Origin: Tubiluchus corallicola
Lineage: Eukaryota > Animalia > Priapulida
Assembly (NCBI GenBank): GCA_030141605.1
Contig: JAQGDQ010000416.1
Location: 140,016 to 204,015, forward strand
Reading direction: 5' to 3'
Length of the DNA stretch: 64,000 bases
Shown: piece by piece, positions 1 to 33,500 of the stretch
Layout: each line of letters opens with the position of its first letter
How positions within the stretch are numbered: the stretch's first letter is position 1
Position numbers and translations under genes: made by a program
Notes under the pieces: generated by a model
Database searches by the model: none
Seen by the model: the letters and a program-made list of their open reading frames with translations, nothing else
Told to the model about the DNA's origin: nothing

Positions 1-18285
<18,285 letters not shown>

Positions 18286-18869
18286 CGTACGTGTCATGAA
18301 AATACAGAGCATCGAAAAAACGTCATAATTCATTCATTCACTTCGTTGGTCATTTAAAATTTTCGTCAGGCATTCAGATAGTTTTCAAATAATAAAAACA
18401 AATACATTTTGCTTTTTATAAGCAACACGTTGTACAAAAACAACCAGAACTAATTGCCAATTATACAACAATAACAAACAACAAATTTGTACACTAAAAT
18501 AAATTTACTACACCATCGTGTCGCTTTAATCGCTTGTATCATGGCAGCTCACTAGTAGGGTTAAGTAAGCGTGTTTTAGTGTTTTATTAAATTTTAAGTG
18601 CTTTGTTTCGGTGTATGCAAAGATTAAATCGCACACTCGCAGTGTAGATAGCTCACGAGCAGTTTCACGTCACAGATTTACTTCAAAATATGGGGGAGGG
18701 GGTGTTCACACACCGAGTCCATTCACAAACATAATTTAGAATGTAAATACGTGCCAAAGTTAACATTATGTGCTAGCAAGTGGTGGAGCGGCCTAGATAT
18801 CTCCAAGGGGCACACCTAGGATGGGATGGATTGATTTTTTAGATATCGTCACTGTTCAAAAAACTTTAA

Positions 18870-19035
18870 GCGTTGATTTACCGTTGTTGCAGAATTTTGA
18901 AGATGTGCTTTGTAATTTGGACAAAAGAAATACATGTGGAATATTCCTAGAATTGACCAAAGCATTTGATACCGTGATTCCTCCCCACAAACTTAAACAC
19001 TGCAGAATTAGAGAAACTCTACTTAAACTCTTTGA
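18870..19035 (+). mobile_element. Small decayed LINE reverse-transcriptase fragment
   Basis: CGIFLELTKAFDTV...HKLKHCRIRETLLKLF resembles the LINE RT motif xFLDLSKAFDTV..LLxKLxxYGIRG. Confidence 0.65.
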
Positions 19036-19877
19036 GATGATCATCATTGCATAATTATAAGATAAACAAGTGGATGTTTTTGATTGTGTCAAAAACTGTG
19101 GTAAGATTTTGCATCTGCGACTGAAAATGTTTTGGGTGATAGCTTGACAGCTTTTGCTTCTTAGATAAATATTGCTTTTCAAAATAATTAACATCAAATA
19201 TGTATCACTGTTGTGCATAAAAGCTTCATATTAGCACATTCAAACAAATTTTAAGAAAATGTAAATTAAATATCTTAATTTTGGAAATCAGTGAAACCTG
19301 ACAGAAGCATTTTGCACAATTACTAAACTGTGTGAGTTGAAAAAAGATGTTAAAAGGTACGAAACAAAAATTTTTAATTGGGAATGGAATCCACAACTTT
19401 CAAATGGCAATCCCAGCATGCTAGCAGTTAGGCTAGCAAGGATTAGTATGAGTTCATTTTTTTACCAAGCACTGTGGTGAGGCGTTTGTGAAACACACCA
19501 GTTTTATTTGGCGGCAATCGATTTTTGCACTCATTTAGCTGCGTTTGGAAAAAACATATCATCTTGTAGCCCTGTTCTTTCTCTTTCTAAAGAGTTATAA
19601 AACTCTCCCTTAAAAGTTCCAGTAACAAACCCGATGAACACTTTTTCTGGACGTTTCGCAAACTTTTTAACACTGAAATTCCAACTTTTTATCGTTAACC
19701 TGTGAACACTTGAAATATGTGAAAATATTCACATCAGACAACACAGAATGACACTGAGTGAATGATCTTCTTATAGCTTGTCGCGCTGCCTTGTCACATC
19801 AGTAATTCATGATAGTGTTTCATCTGTTTCAGTGTCATTTAAGCAGCTTCCAATCGATGCCGTAACACGATGTGACT

Positions 19878-22800
19878 ATGCATGCTCATTTGACTCGTCA
19901 AGAGGTATTTCATGAAAACATTACTGTACAGAAACTTTACATTCCCTCAAAGTTATCGATTTGTGATGTGAAAATTGGCTTGCTGTTTGGCTGGCAAGAT
20001 TTATCTTGCAATGCCAGTTGCATTATTTCTGTCTTACCATGGTCGAGTGAAGATGGTAATGTCTGTTTTAATAAAGCAATTGCTGGGTTTTCACACCTTG
20101 GTTCTTTTTATGCAAGAACACGATGCTTGCAAAATTGCAAAACTGGAAAATGGGCTTTGCTGGGCATTTTAGTAAAGAGAGAAAATGAGTCAGAGTGGCT
20201 TCCTGAACATTTTGAACTACTTCGTAGTAGATTAGAAAGTAACAGCTGGTTCGTTATAGAGAAAGACAAGTGCAATGTTATACGTGCTACTTTTGCTAAG
20301 AGAGTGACAACAGACATTTCTGATACTGACAAACATCCTTTAATGTGTATATATTATGAACCAGATGATATTATGCGTAGTCAGATTTTGTATAGTGATA
20401 TACCATTAATGCCAAATGATCTTCGAGCTCTCAAGATGATAGTGGATAAATTTGGAGCCTTTAACAGGCATCATTTGAAAGTCGAAAGTGAGACCAGTGA
20501 TTGGCCTAATAGACTTGAGTGGATTGACTTGATAGACAGATCATCATTGCCTTATCAAAATGACATGCAAAAAACATCTATTTCGAGGTATGATTTACTT
20601 TGTTTAAAGAAAACTACCATGCAGTTAGGTTATTTAAAATTTTGTTCTTTGGCTCTGTGAGAAAAACATCTGTAGAAATCTATGCATCCTTTAAAAAAAT
20701 ATCTTTATTCAGTGACCCACAGTTATTAAATTTCAATACCAAGTTTATCTGGAAGAAAGGAACTTGAAAAAATCATGAACATATTCACTTGTTGTGGGTT
20801 TATTTTTGTGTTAATAAATGATCTTGAAATTAGGATTATAAATATTTGAAAAAAATGTATTTTTCTCTTGAAATTAATGCATTTCTGTTTGTGTTAATTA
20901 CAGGTTCCAGAATCCACTGTCACGGATGCTGTCTTTGTCTTTAACGTGGTGTCAGATTGAGCATAGATTCTATCAATTGAAATCCATTGTAAACTACAGA
21001 AGAACTTCCTTTCTATGGTAACCATATTTCATAAATTTGAATTAAAAAATTGTTTTAAATTCGGTTCTGTAAACCTTAAATTTAAAAATGTTTTTGAACA
21101 TTGAACGCTTATGTGCTTAATGTACATTAATTGAACATCTTGTGTTAGTATCAACTGCGTACAGGTTTTTCTAGTTTTGTCAGCTCAGCAGCAGAGCTTA
21201 CTTAGCGAATATGGTTGTGGTGGGACTAAAAGCTTACTTTTTCTAAAGATACTAAAATGAAACACTGTATTGACTGAAGTATCTATGCCAATAGTAGGAA
21301 CCACTCAGAAGCAGATTCTGTAGTAGTCACCTATCCATTTTTTCTTGTGTCAGCTAGTGTTCATTGTTGCTTAATCTTGATCGCTGAGCACATAATCAGT
21401 GATCATGTGATCATGTGATCATTCAGGCATCATCCCACCCTGCATACATGAACCATTTTTATGCCTTATGCATCTGAATTCATCTTAGAGGATTAGTGTC
21501 ATTAATAAACAAGATTCCAGTCTTGCCACAACAGTACCCATCAACATAATAATTGAGTGCTGGATTTTTGCTTCATCAGTAGGAAAAAATTACATTAATT
21601 TAACCCCAATCCTAAGGCTTTGTCCAAGGTTTAATGGATTCAAACAGTGTCAAACATGCAGTAGACTAAGTGTAATGGTAAGCTGTGCCATATACTGGTA
21701 TAATTAACAAAAGTCTCTATAGATTATTATCAAGCCTAGTTAACGACTAGAATGACACTTGATCTAACTCATATGATATGTGTATGATGAAAGTCTAATG
21801 TGGAGAATACTTTTTCTGTTTAGCAGGGGTAATACTGCATTATTACTAGCTACGGACATTTTGTCTGGCATTGTTATGATCTGGGTGATTTCTTCCTTCC
21901 TGGCCACCAATCAGTTCCATATGGCTGGTAGCATACTCAGAGCAGCTGAGGTTTGTACACTTTAGATATTTACTTACAGTGGCGGCTCGTGTATAGGTAC
22001 TGTGGAACTGCAGCACCTCCTATTTTCACTCAATATTATCGATAATATTCAATATAATCAGTCTTTAGTTTTTTCTTTATACTTGTACAGAACCAGAACA
22101 CATGAGGATAGTACTGTTTGCTTCGCAATCCAGTACAATGACCTCCAGTAATGCAGCATTTGGCTGTTGTGCGCATGCGGCCTTGCGCAGTTTTTTTGCG
22201 CACATGTCTGAACCCAGTTAGAGACAGTACTGTTGCTCATACAGTTTGTTGTCAGTTGTCACATGCTTCCCGTTAATGGATCAAGCTTGATCTACCACAA
22301 TTTAGGCTATTACTAAGCAAAAAAGTATTTTTTGGTGTAGGATTTTATCAAGTTTATGTATAAACTTTCGTATGTTTGTTTTGTTTTACACATTATTAAA
22401 ACGATCGCTAAAAATTTTCTGTAGCAGCACCCCCACTCATTTTAGTCAGCTACGAGCTGCCACTGTTTATTTATTAAAAAACATTAAAATTCTGCAAAGA
22501 GTTCAAAAATACTTGACAATGTTTTTGCAGGTTATTGTATATTTGGTACAAGAACTATTGCAATGGTTAATGGGCATACCTGCAGGCTTGAAACTCAACA
22601 TTCCACTGAATTATACCCTGGGAAAGTTTTTCTTGTATCACATGCACCTTTGGAAACGTAAATATATTATTGTTGTCTTTTCTGTTGTTTTTATACTTGT
22701 TTTTACTATTTTGTATAATTTTCTTGATGTATTTTGAAGATTAAGTGTAGTGTGATGTTAATGTTTTTTCACGACTTCCAGATTAAATTAATTTTACTCT

Positions 22801-25800
22801 GTAAATGTCTACTGTTGATTAGTGTAATGTACTATGATTATATAATCACGCACTGATAGTTGTTTAAATTGTTTGTAAGTATAATGCTTTTTTCAAGGAT
22901 AACGACCAATCTCCAAGACTATGCTTTAGAAGTTATCTCATGATTTGTTTTTAATATTTCTTTGACTAAAGTTGATTTTTTAACGGAGCACGTAAATTTC
23001 AGGTTACATTGTTCTCCTAGTCAAGCCTTATCTGCCATCATTACTGTACTGCATTGGGATGATGGGTTGTGGAGGTGTCACTTTCCTGCTGAGCATGTTT
23101 GGTGATCTCATCTCGTTACTAACATTTCACGCGTATTGTTTCTACATTTATGCAGCAAGGTAAGCCAAGCATCAATGGTTTTAAATTCTTTGTTATCGGT
23201 ACCTACGAAATTAAAATGTCCCACTAAAATGCAGCTGTTTTTGATGTCAGGAAAGTTTCTTTTGTAAGTGCAGTCAAGTCTGCCTAAGTCATATCTCTGG
23301 GCACTAATTAAATGTGTTGTACCACTATGAATATGTTCAGAGAAGCCCATCATCTGATCCACTTTGAGTGGATCTCACTGCAACTTAATAGGTCATGGCT
23401 TAGTAGCTTAACGTTTGCATTTGCCATTGAGTGTGAAACCTCTAATGAATCCTGCGCAGTGTCACGGTACATGAATTTTTCTACATTAGGTCACAGTAGC
23501 ACGCTCCTTAATGAATAAGTATCTCTGCTAGACAAATATGATCATCTTATTGGGATCAAGGAATGGATAAGCTTGAACAAACATTCTTGCAGCTAGGCTT
23601 ATTGTCATTTACAGAAAAAGTACATTGTATCTAGTTGCACTTTCAAATTATTACACAAAAAGGACCACATTTGCAACTATATTCTAAAATCTACTAAATC
23701 CTGTAAAACTAATGCTTTTGTTTAACACTCATATGATTGCATGTATTTCAGACCTATACAGCTATTTAAGATTATTTTGTATCTTAGTCTATTGTGAGAC
23801 ATTGTGAACTTGTTAATACTATTAATAAATAAATATGCTTATGTAGGAAATCTACTAAATTGTTTTTTGTTAGTTTTTCTCCACAGTCACAGTATAATCA
23901 CAACTTGTGCTACATGTCTACTTATCACTATAATTGCATGAAGCGTGAAATTAATAATAAATTTATAATAGAGCAGTCCTAAGGATTAAAGTCGTTTTGC
24001 CTTAGCTTGGATAATCAGTTACTAAGTGAGCCAAAGGAAAAATTTCCAAATAACTTCTTTTAATTTTTCCTTTTTAGTAAGCGAATAATTTTACTTTATA
24101 CTTCACTTACTTGCTTAGGTAGATAAAATTCTGAGTAATTTTTTTTATACCTCTACCTGTTTTGTTTCTAGGTTGTTCTACTTGATGATTTTTGGACTGA
24201 AATCTCTCTTTCGCTTGTTCCGTGGAAAGAAATGGAATGTCCTGAGACAACGGATTGATTCTTGCTCTTATAATATGGATCAGCTGTTTGTAGGATCTAT
24301 TCTTTTCACTGTGATACTATTCTTGCTACCAACAGTGGCAATGTACTACATAGTTTTCACTAGTGTAAGTCCCATTTTGAGTGATAAGAAATCTGTGTTT
24401 CAAGCTGAATGGCCGTGCTACTTTTTAGCTGATGGTTATAGTAGGGCTAGAACGAACTAATCATATATATAGTCTTCTAGATTGAGATGCATTTAAATCT
24501 CATTAAATAAATAGTCGGAGACTGTATGGCAGAAGAAATTGTCCAAAGATAAATTTTCCTGAGGTCAGTCATCCATTTACTAATCAGGTCCAGCACTGCT
24601 GCCCGCTGAAAAGTGCTCAAGAGTTTGAGTGACATGGTTTTTACACAATAATACTTGCAGTAAGTTAGGCAAAACAGAACATTTTTAGACGAATTTAGTG
24701 ACATGGCAAGAATGATCGAACCTCTGAAATGCTTTGGAATTTATCTGAAAAACGAGAATGGACTTTTAACTAATTATGCGGCTAAGTGCTTCCAGAGCAT
24801 GATTAACATTAACTACTGGAAAATGCTTCATTCCTATTTCCATAATATTATTATTAGTATTAAATTTAGTTAATATTTCCTTCACATTTTTTCAAACAAG
24901 GCTTGAAGAAAAGTCTAGCATTTCTTCCTTTACTCCCACTTGGTTCTTCCACTGTAGCATTGTGCCAATTTTGGGGCACTCTGCTTAAAAGAAGAAATTA
25001 CTGTATCTAGAACAACAGTTCTTCATAGCTAGTGTATTCAACTAACAACATTTTATTGTGGTCCTTCTTAATTGATATCCTGCTGCATTTGAAAAACCAA
25101 ACTATTGCGGGAAAAACAGATGTAGGCATAATTATGTGTAGCGTGAATAACATTCTTTTACTGTATCTTTTTCCAGCTGAGATTGATTGTACTGATGACA
25201 CAGACATTGCTAATTCGATTACTAACATTCATCAATACGTGTCCCATATATGCTGTAATCTTATGGCTGCTTCAGTCTGCATCAATAAAAGGTAAATACT
25301 GTTACTGGATTTTAATCAATTAAGTCACTATGAATGACTTTTCAAAATACAATAGCAATTACTAGTTATTTTTCAAAACATTTAATCATTTTAAAACAAA
25401 ACAATTTTAAATGCCTGTTACTATAACTAGAGATCACAAGTTCTCAACTGACAAAAGTAGTACCCATCTTGCATATATTTGTTCATACTCTTAAAATGGA
25501 TGTAACTATTCAATTTGCTTTGCAATTTCGCTTGCTAATTGTGCTGTAATTTTTCACTTTTTGCTGAATATGTTGAACTATGTCATTTAAATGATAGCTA
25601 TTGTTGTAGGAATGTAGGTAAAATTAGATGATGTTGACTTTTATGTAAACTTCACGACCTTGAAAATAACGCCAAATAGACTGAGGTCACGCTTTCATTT
25701 GTTATCATTTATTATTATCACATTCAGTTCAATATAGTGACATTCTATACATGGTGACAAACTATCAAGATTGTTACTTCATACTGTACTTCATACTTCA

Positions 25801-26339
25801 ATTGTTATGTTTCATGCATTATCATTATCATAAAAGAATAGTTTTTAGTTCATGATTTATGTCATTCCAAAGCCTTGGACCAAAATTTCCAATGAATTTT
25901 TGTGCCACGTCTTTTACAGAAGTTAATGACAAACTCATTCATTCTTTAGAAGGTCATTGTGATGTTTTAATTTTCTGTAACTTGCAGGCAATGTTAGATA
26001 TCGCATCCTTTCTTCACCACATGATGAATGCTTATGGATGAAGATGGAGGTGAGTGCAAAATGTATTTCGAAGTTCGTGAATGCATTAATCACTAGTGTG
26101 TCAGCAATAAATGTCACGTTTGTTTGCATTTCTTTTAGCTGATATTTTGTTGTCTTATTTTGATGTTTTTTTATTATCAAATATGCATTATTTCTTTCCA
26201 GCTGAAGCCAGTGTTGTTAAGAGACTTAATTGATCAGTGTCACCGTCAAGAAATTCAACCAAACTTTCAAGGCCAGGGAACAACGGATGGTCTCCTGTCG
26301 TCGCTTGTTCAAGGGAAAATTATTGCAAAACTTGTTTGA
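19878..26339 (+). CDS. PIGQ: Phosphatidylinositol N-acetylglucosaminyltransferase subunit Q (PIG-Q/Gpi1), ~580 aa
   Basis: Exons 19878-20587, 20904-21017, 21824(or 21827)-21950, 22531-22657, 23003-23159, 24172-24364, 25177-25291, 25988-26049, 26202-26339 (TGA); phases consistent. Gpi1 signatures: [79 protein letters not shown]. Start codon less certain. Confidence 0.93.
21977..22465 (+). mobile_element. hAT-type MITE, family A copy 2
   Basis: TIRs CAGTGGCGGCTCGT / ACGAGCTGCCACTG; 8-bp TSD TTTACTTA/TTTATTTA; homologous to 5506-6056. Confidence 0.85.
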
Positions 26340-27551
26340 AAATTCACTTGCCATAGATTATTTGCACATAATTATTATAATGCTTTTTGACACTAACTGA
26401 TTAATCGACACCTCAATGAAGATGAAAGATTAACTAAAAAATGCCAGTGTGTCAGCCGATAGCAGATTTACAATCCAGGATTTTATATTCTGTCCAGACC
26501 AACAGACCAGTGACATTTTTTTGACCGTTTTTGTGATGATTTTAGCAGTTTCAGGTAAGCAGTCTGTAAATCCAATGCTCAAATGACACACAACTACAAC
26601 CATAATTGAATGTATAGATTTGTTGGCCGATTTTACAAATCCTTTATAAATCACGTAAAGGGAAAAAAATTTCCAACACAAGTGGCATATTTAGCTATTA
26701 ATAATGCAGGTGTTGACGTGTTGTATTAATTTCTATCAAAAACAGTTATAGATGAAAAGTCAGATGTGCAGAAGTACAGAAAAAGAGCAATTTATTATCA
26801 CAGCAAAACTGCAGGACACAAAACACGTTATCTAAAGTATGTGTAAATTGATTACATTGTACACTGTACAAATTGTTTTCTAATACATTATTACTAATAA
26901 TGTGTAATATCGAAAAAATTGTGTTATCAAATTGGTAAATAAGAAGCATATATGTTGTTTACTGCAGAAGTAAATGGTGGAGCAGAAACCATTAATCAAA
27001 AAAAGATTAACTGTCAACTAATGAGGATAAGATTGAATATGATTTAAATCTGTTTCATATATGAGCAACATTGCAAGTCTGTATTTCATTAATTTAACCA
27101 GAATAACCTGCTTTAGTAACTTGGGCGGAATACTTTCTGAATCTAATAACACTTTAAAAATACCTTCACTTATCAATATGGGACATTTACTGCAATTCCT
27201 GTATAAAATGATTCTGTATGTATATATGATAATAAACTACATAAATACAATACTCATGGTTTCATCACACAAATGGTTTAGTTTCTCTATAAAAACTATT
27301 GCATAGTAGCTATTATATCTAACAACAAAGCAATTACATATAAATAAACTAAAGCTAGAAACAATTTGTATCTCGATGGCCAAAATTAGTAAAATGTGAA
27401 CTATATGACCACTTGTATTTGCAAGCACTTCAAATCTAATATTACTTAGCAGCAAAATCAGAATTAACGGGATCTCTCTTGAGCAAAATTGTCTGTAATA
27501 TGTACTGCTGTAAATTGGTCTTCATTACCAAGTCATGTCCATGGACTTTGC

Positions 27552-30500
27552 TCACTTCCAAGGCTTTAGTCCACGTTTTCCGGATTTTTCTTTTTTGGTC
27601 GACTGACTCGACTTTGGCACATTTTTATACAGGCTTCTCCGAACTGACTTCCTTTCAGTTAGCTTTTCTGTCGACAAATAAAAAAATAAATAATGCTTCA
27701 TAAGGTGCAAATTACTAGTTGCTACAACAAACATATTTTTCATTGAGCTAAAATTATAGTGCATATTTTTGCACTAGGCAAGAAGCACCAAAATAGCAAA
27801 CGAAATAAAAATATTTGAATTTTAAAAACAATTTAGCTTCAATAGTTCAACAATCTTTTTTCTTTTATTTTATTACGATAACATATTCGTTATTATTATT
27901 TTTTATTATTAACACCAAACAACAATAAAATCTAACAAAACACGATAACCTGACATTGTATACATCGGATTTTATAATTACGTTAATATTCTAATAAAAT
28001 GAGCATGACATGATATCTATATAAATTGTTGCTTGCATTATAGTTTGAAACATTACTTGTGCGGCTATAATGCAATTAATGATGCAGGAGTTAGGTACAA
28101 AAAAGGGAAGGTAAAAAAGTGACGGAATACTAGTGGAGAGTGCAAGAGAAAAGAAATTAGTAGGATTAGGGTAATGAAATGATGTGATTGAGAATGAATA
28201 TGAGATTGCTCTTTAGGATATCGAAAAAAGTACATATAAATTTATGAACAGAAGTACACTATGTACACTCGCAATGTTTAACAGTACAGTAATATCAAAA
28301 AAGAAATCTTCTTGCACAACTGTGACAACAAATTCTTGGATACCGACTATTGTGCTACTTTACTGAATTTTTTACAAAATTAACAAAAGTTGCTATTATT
28401 TTTAATTGTTCACAAAAAATACGTTATTTAAATTTTAGCAACACAACAAAGCTTCAAATGCTTTCATGCAGCCACAAACTGTAAACTGTAATTCTCACTT
28501 TAACAAAATAGAATATTTTGTAAACATGTCACTCAATCGAAGATTTTGAAGTTAAATTACTGATGAAACAAATTGTCCTTATGAAAGTTAATCTCTAAAT
28601 TACACTTCCGTCTCTCAAGACTACTGTAAGCCCTTTTCTGTAAACTACAGGCTTCTTTGCAGTGTAAGAGGCAAGCAGCATTCCTTAGAGATAAAATTTC
28701 TGAGATATAATTCAATTTTACATAACGCACAACAGCCACTTATGTTAGCTCAGTACTTATTCTTATTCTATACAAGATGAATTGTATAGTTCTGGCTTTT
28801 CTTCTTATGTAGTCGCTTCTCTAACTTATTATATTTTAAATCAATGACGTTTAGCAACTACTTTCGTTTTTTAATGTTCTTGTTTTGCTCTCGAACATGC
28901 TGTTTTGACAATTTATCTGTAATTTTCAGCTGATGAGACTGCCTAGGGTGAAAGTTTTTGAAATAAAAATACCTAATCATTGAGACTATAAAAGGTGTTA
29001 CATTTTTTTGTTAAAGATGGAAAGATGACAAGTCTCAGGAGAGCTCCCTCATATTATATGTACTACATGCATTTTAAATGCAAACCTGTTTGGTTTAATC
29101 TCTGTGTACCAGACATTGGTCGGAAATTCTCTTTCTGACTCCCTTTATCATCACTATGATCCAGCTTTGGTTTCTTTGGACTATGACGTCTAATCGTGAC
29201 ATTAGCAGTCCAGTGACCAGATTTGCGTGGCATACTGAAACTATTAAATGAGCAATATAGTAAATATTGTATAGAACTCCACTCATATAATAAGAAACAT
29301 TTTTCAAAATTCACAGTTTTATACAGTTACTAGAATAAATACATGATACATTTGTGTTCTTGTAATTTGTGAATTGCTTCTTACTATTTTTAAATATATA
29401 AATATATGTACATCCACCACCAATTTTGAAACAGAAGTAAAATTTGCATTAAATTAAGCCTCACTATTATGAAATAACTGTTTTGACATTATAACAGTAT
29501 ATTGAAATTATAGTAGTAGTAAGTAGTCGTAGTAGTAGTAGTATTTTTATTGTCATCAAGGCCACCGAGATTACATGTACATTTACAATAACAATACGTG
29601 TAACGCATATTACAACTGAAACAAATATTAGTCGGAGTTTACAAATTTTGCTAAAGTATAGTACAAAATACCCTGCAATAGTAGTAATTTTTTTTAACGT
29701 AATAACATCCAAAAAGGTATTAATAACCAGATAACAATTGATAACAACCAGATATACACGAGTAGTTAATCCAATCAGTGCAGATATCCAATAATGCTTA
29801 CTTCCAATGCGTTAGATAATTATCATTATAATGTTTTGTAATAATGGAACTTATGCAAACCTTTGACTTTTCTTTCTGTCCAGATACTTAACAGTTGCAG
29901 ACGAAAGGACACTTTTTCTGCTGATAGCTTCAGCTGACACCGTTGCTGCTTCCTATGTAACATTGGTTTCATTTAATAAATACAATTAATGTTGAAGAGA
30001 CTTACAAGATTGTGAAGTAAACTGCTCAATATCATTTACTGCACAAATCTGATCATTTTCGGAAATTTAAAGTGTTTAGGTTACAAGAGCACAATGCTAT
30101 ACTTAACACAAACTGACACAGCAGCTTTTAAATAAATTCAGCAAACAAACAGAGCATACAAAATGTCATATTTTCTTTTGAGAATCCGTATATATATATA
30201 TAAGGAAACATGTAATACAAAACCTAATAGCAGTATGTGAAATTGTAAATGAACATGCACAAGAGTTTCAAGTTTATTTCAACTCATTTTAAATTTTATT
30301 TATTGAATACTTGAAACATTAAAAGTAGAATAGAGTTAAGTTTTGAGCCTTCATATACAATGAAAGTTTCCTGTACGAGAAATTTTAATAATGGCTTATT
30401 CATAAAATCATTACCCTCTCTCTGGAATGCTTTTCTTGGAGTAATTGTCGGTCATGAGATATAATAGCCATGCGCTCAGCTACTGGTATCACGTGAAAGA

Positions 30501-33500
30501 TATCGTGTAAGTCTATCAATGCTGCCATCAACTATAAATAAATACATATCCACTCGCACCACCTGAATTAAATTATTGAAATGCTTGATTTACCCTCCAC
30601 AATGATCAACTTGGGCCCTGTTTCAAAATGAAAAGATATACTTAGCTGCAGACTGCATCATATGCCATGTATATAATTTAGCAGATGGCAGGTGCACAAG
30701 AGAACAGGTCTGGAGGTAAGTTCTGTTTGGGAGTAATTTAGCATCATGTGTTCTAATGATATGCTACAACTTAATTAAGGTGTTTATTTTCATTCCCTGT
30801 AAAGTTACATGAATTTAAACACCATTCTAATTTAATACGCAAATACTAAAACAGTACATTGAATAAACCACTCAAAGTCTGACTACTAAGTTCAAAAATG
30901 ACATAATTATAGTGCAGCATACACTAACACGTGACTATAAATCAGTCAACAATAAGAATATAAATGTATGGCCAGATTGGTTACTAACCTGAAAAACTTT
31001 AATTTGTATAAGCAGCTAGGTGATTTGTTCTATTTTCTGCTCTTACTATAATATGAATAGACGACTTGGATATCAGCAAAAAAAGTACTTCAATTAGCAC
31101 ATCCAACAATTACTACAAGTAAAACTAGAGCAGTTTATTCTTCGGAATCGTTCTTCTCATCAGTGATGGCATATAAGTAATAATCATTTCCATCCTGCTA
31201 AGATGTAGCTCTAACTTAAAACACTTACAAGTTGAGAAAAAGAAAAAAATGAACCAGAGATTTTATTTTAGAGTACAGGACTCTGGCACATTTTGCAAAA
31301 GAAGTGAACCATTAGTCAGTAGTGTGACAACATTCTAATTCTAATTACATACCTGTGCTAGAAGTCTTTCCTGTAGCTCTTGATCTGGCAAACTAGCTTG
31401 ACCCTGTTTCATTGGTGTCTCAGAAGTTAAATTAATAGTAAAATCTAAAGTGTCCTATAAGAACAAAAACATGTCTAAGCATTTTCTGAAGCACAACAGT
31501 ACACATGCTTCTTTCAACTCTGTTGTATAATGTAATTCAACCGAAAAGTGATCAAAATAAAAGACTTAACAAATAATATATACTACAACACAGAATTGAA
31601 CAAAATTAAATTGTTTTACATACAATGATGATAAAAGGATGGCAGTAGTACTAAGCATCATCACTCTCTAATTCTCTGGAAAAGTTCCAAACATAATAAC
31701 TACTCTTAACAAATATACAAGATGGTATTAACATGTATAATTAATCCAAAAAATATCAACACAACAAAAACCACAGACAGATTCATGGTAAAGTTTTATT
31801 CTTTCTTACAAAAAACAAATAACTTTACCACCCATGAATCTGTCTACAATATTTGTTGTGTTGACACTTTCAATAACGAATGCCAAATCGTTTATAATCC
31901 CAAAAAAGTTTCTAAACCTTGATTATAATAACACAATCTTACAAAGTCAAACCAAAACCACCTTTATCATTTTTATAATAGCCTGCACTTTAGCTGTTCG
32001 TAACAGTCTTCTCGTCAAATATCCCTTTGCTGCTGCTGACAGTTTATCAAACTTCTTTGCCAAGGATTTCCACTGCAAAAATCAATCAAATCTAAATAAT
32101 ATGAAAAATGTTTTGGTACATGAACAGCTGTGATATATCTGGTAATTTGCGATGGCTGTGTGTAAAAGTTTAAAGTACTAACCAAAAGTGTTGTAAAAAG
32201 CAGCAACGGCCATGCACAGGGCACTTTATTTATGACTTTTCTTGCAAAATAGTCATAAATAGTCATAAATAAGATTTCAAATTTGTCATAAATAACGAAA
32301 GAAAAATAATCATTTCCCGATGAATGGAACAAAAAATTCAGTACAGAAAACTGTTTCCACCGTCTCTCTCTCTCTCTCTCTCCCACACACACAGGCAGTC
32401 CATAAGAAGCTTGCGCGTGACTGTTTGGTGGACTAACACAGTAACTGAGACTGTCTAACTGATGCGTTTATCTGTCATTAACTCGTCTAGAAGCAACCTA
32501 AATAATAAAAAGTAAATGAGCGCGTTACCGCGAAAAAATAAATAGGCACCGACAGAATCGTTGTCGTTCCATCGAAAATTTGAATTAAAGACAGCTTACC
32601 TATTTTAATGTCCTAAAGTTCTGCCGCCTCAAACCTACGCTCTGCACAATAACAGAAATCTACACTTCTAATTCTTTTCTTTGCACGTTCATTTCAGTGC
32701 CTTTCTCATCCTAGCGGCGTTAGGGGTGAGCATTCTCTACCAGAAAGCGAATTCGAATCGAACCGAATTTGTGACTTTCGAATTCGAATCGAACCGAACT
32801 TCGATGCTTACCCCTAAGCGGCGTAAGTCAATGGCTTGGGTGTAGGTTTTAGCTCGAGTTTGCCGCAAGCGTTTCCCGTGCCTTACTGCCTCATCCTCAA
32901 GAAATAAGAATAATGCCGTCTGCTAGAATTTGAGCATATTTTATCTTTGGGAGAATTTGTTGCTTCATTGTCATTAAAATTTAACTGTTTTTCTTGTTTA
33001 GTTATTTTGCTTAATGTAATTTTAATTAGAAAACATACGTGACGGTTCCCTAGAAAGATGTAATAGCCAATAGTATTTTCCAACATTAAATTTAAAATCG
33101 ATATTTAAAAAAATACATTATTTACTTGTACTAATTGTGGCTACGAATTGTGACTGTACGAATTAATTAATAGATTGATTTTTATGAGCAGTAATTTTAT
33201 AGGTCATCCTAAACAAATTAAAACCGATACTATAATTATTATAAACACGATCACGGATTTCAGTCTGGAGGGATGCCTGCATGCAAAACAATACGAGAAA
33301 CTTCAGGCCTTGGAATGATGAAAGTAGACATTTTTATTACATTTTAATGTAATGAAGAACGAAGAAAGGCAAAATACAAGATTCTGATTAAAAATATGTA
33401 TTTCTTTTAGCTCAGGATGGCATTTTTGGTCAAAATTTGACACGTCATAAATAGTCATAAATAAAATCTGAAATTAGTATTAAATAAGCTATTTATGCAA

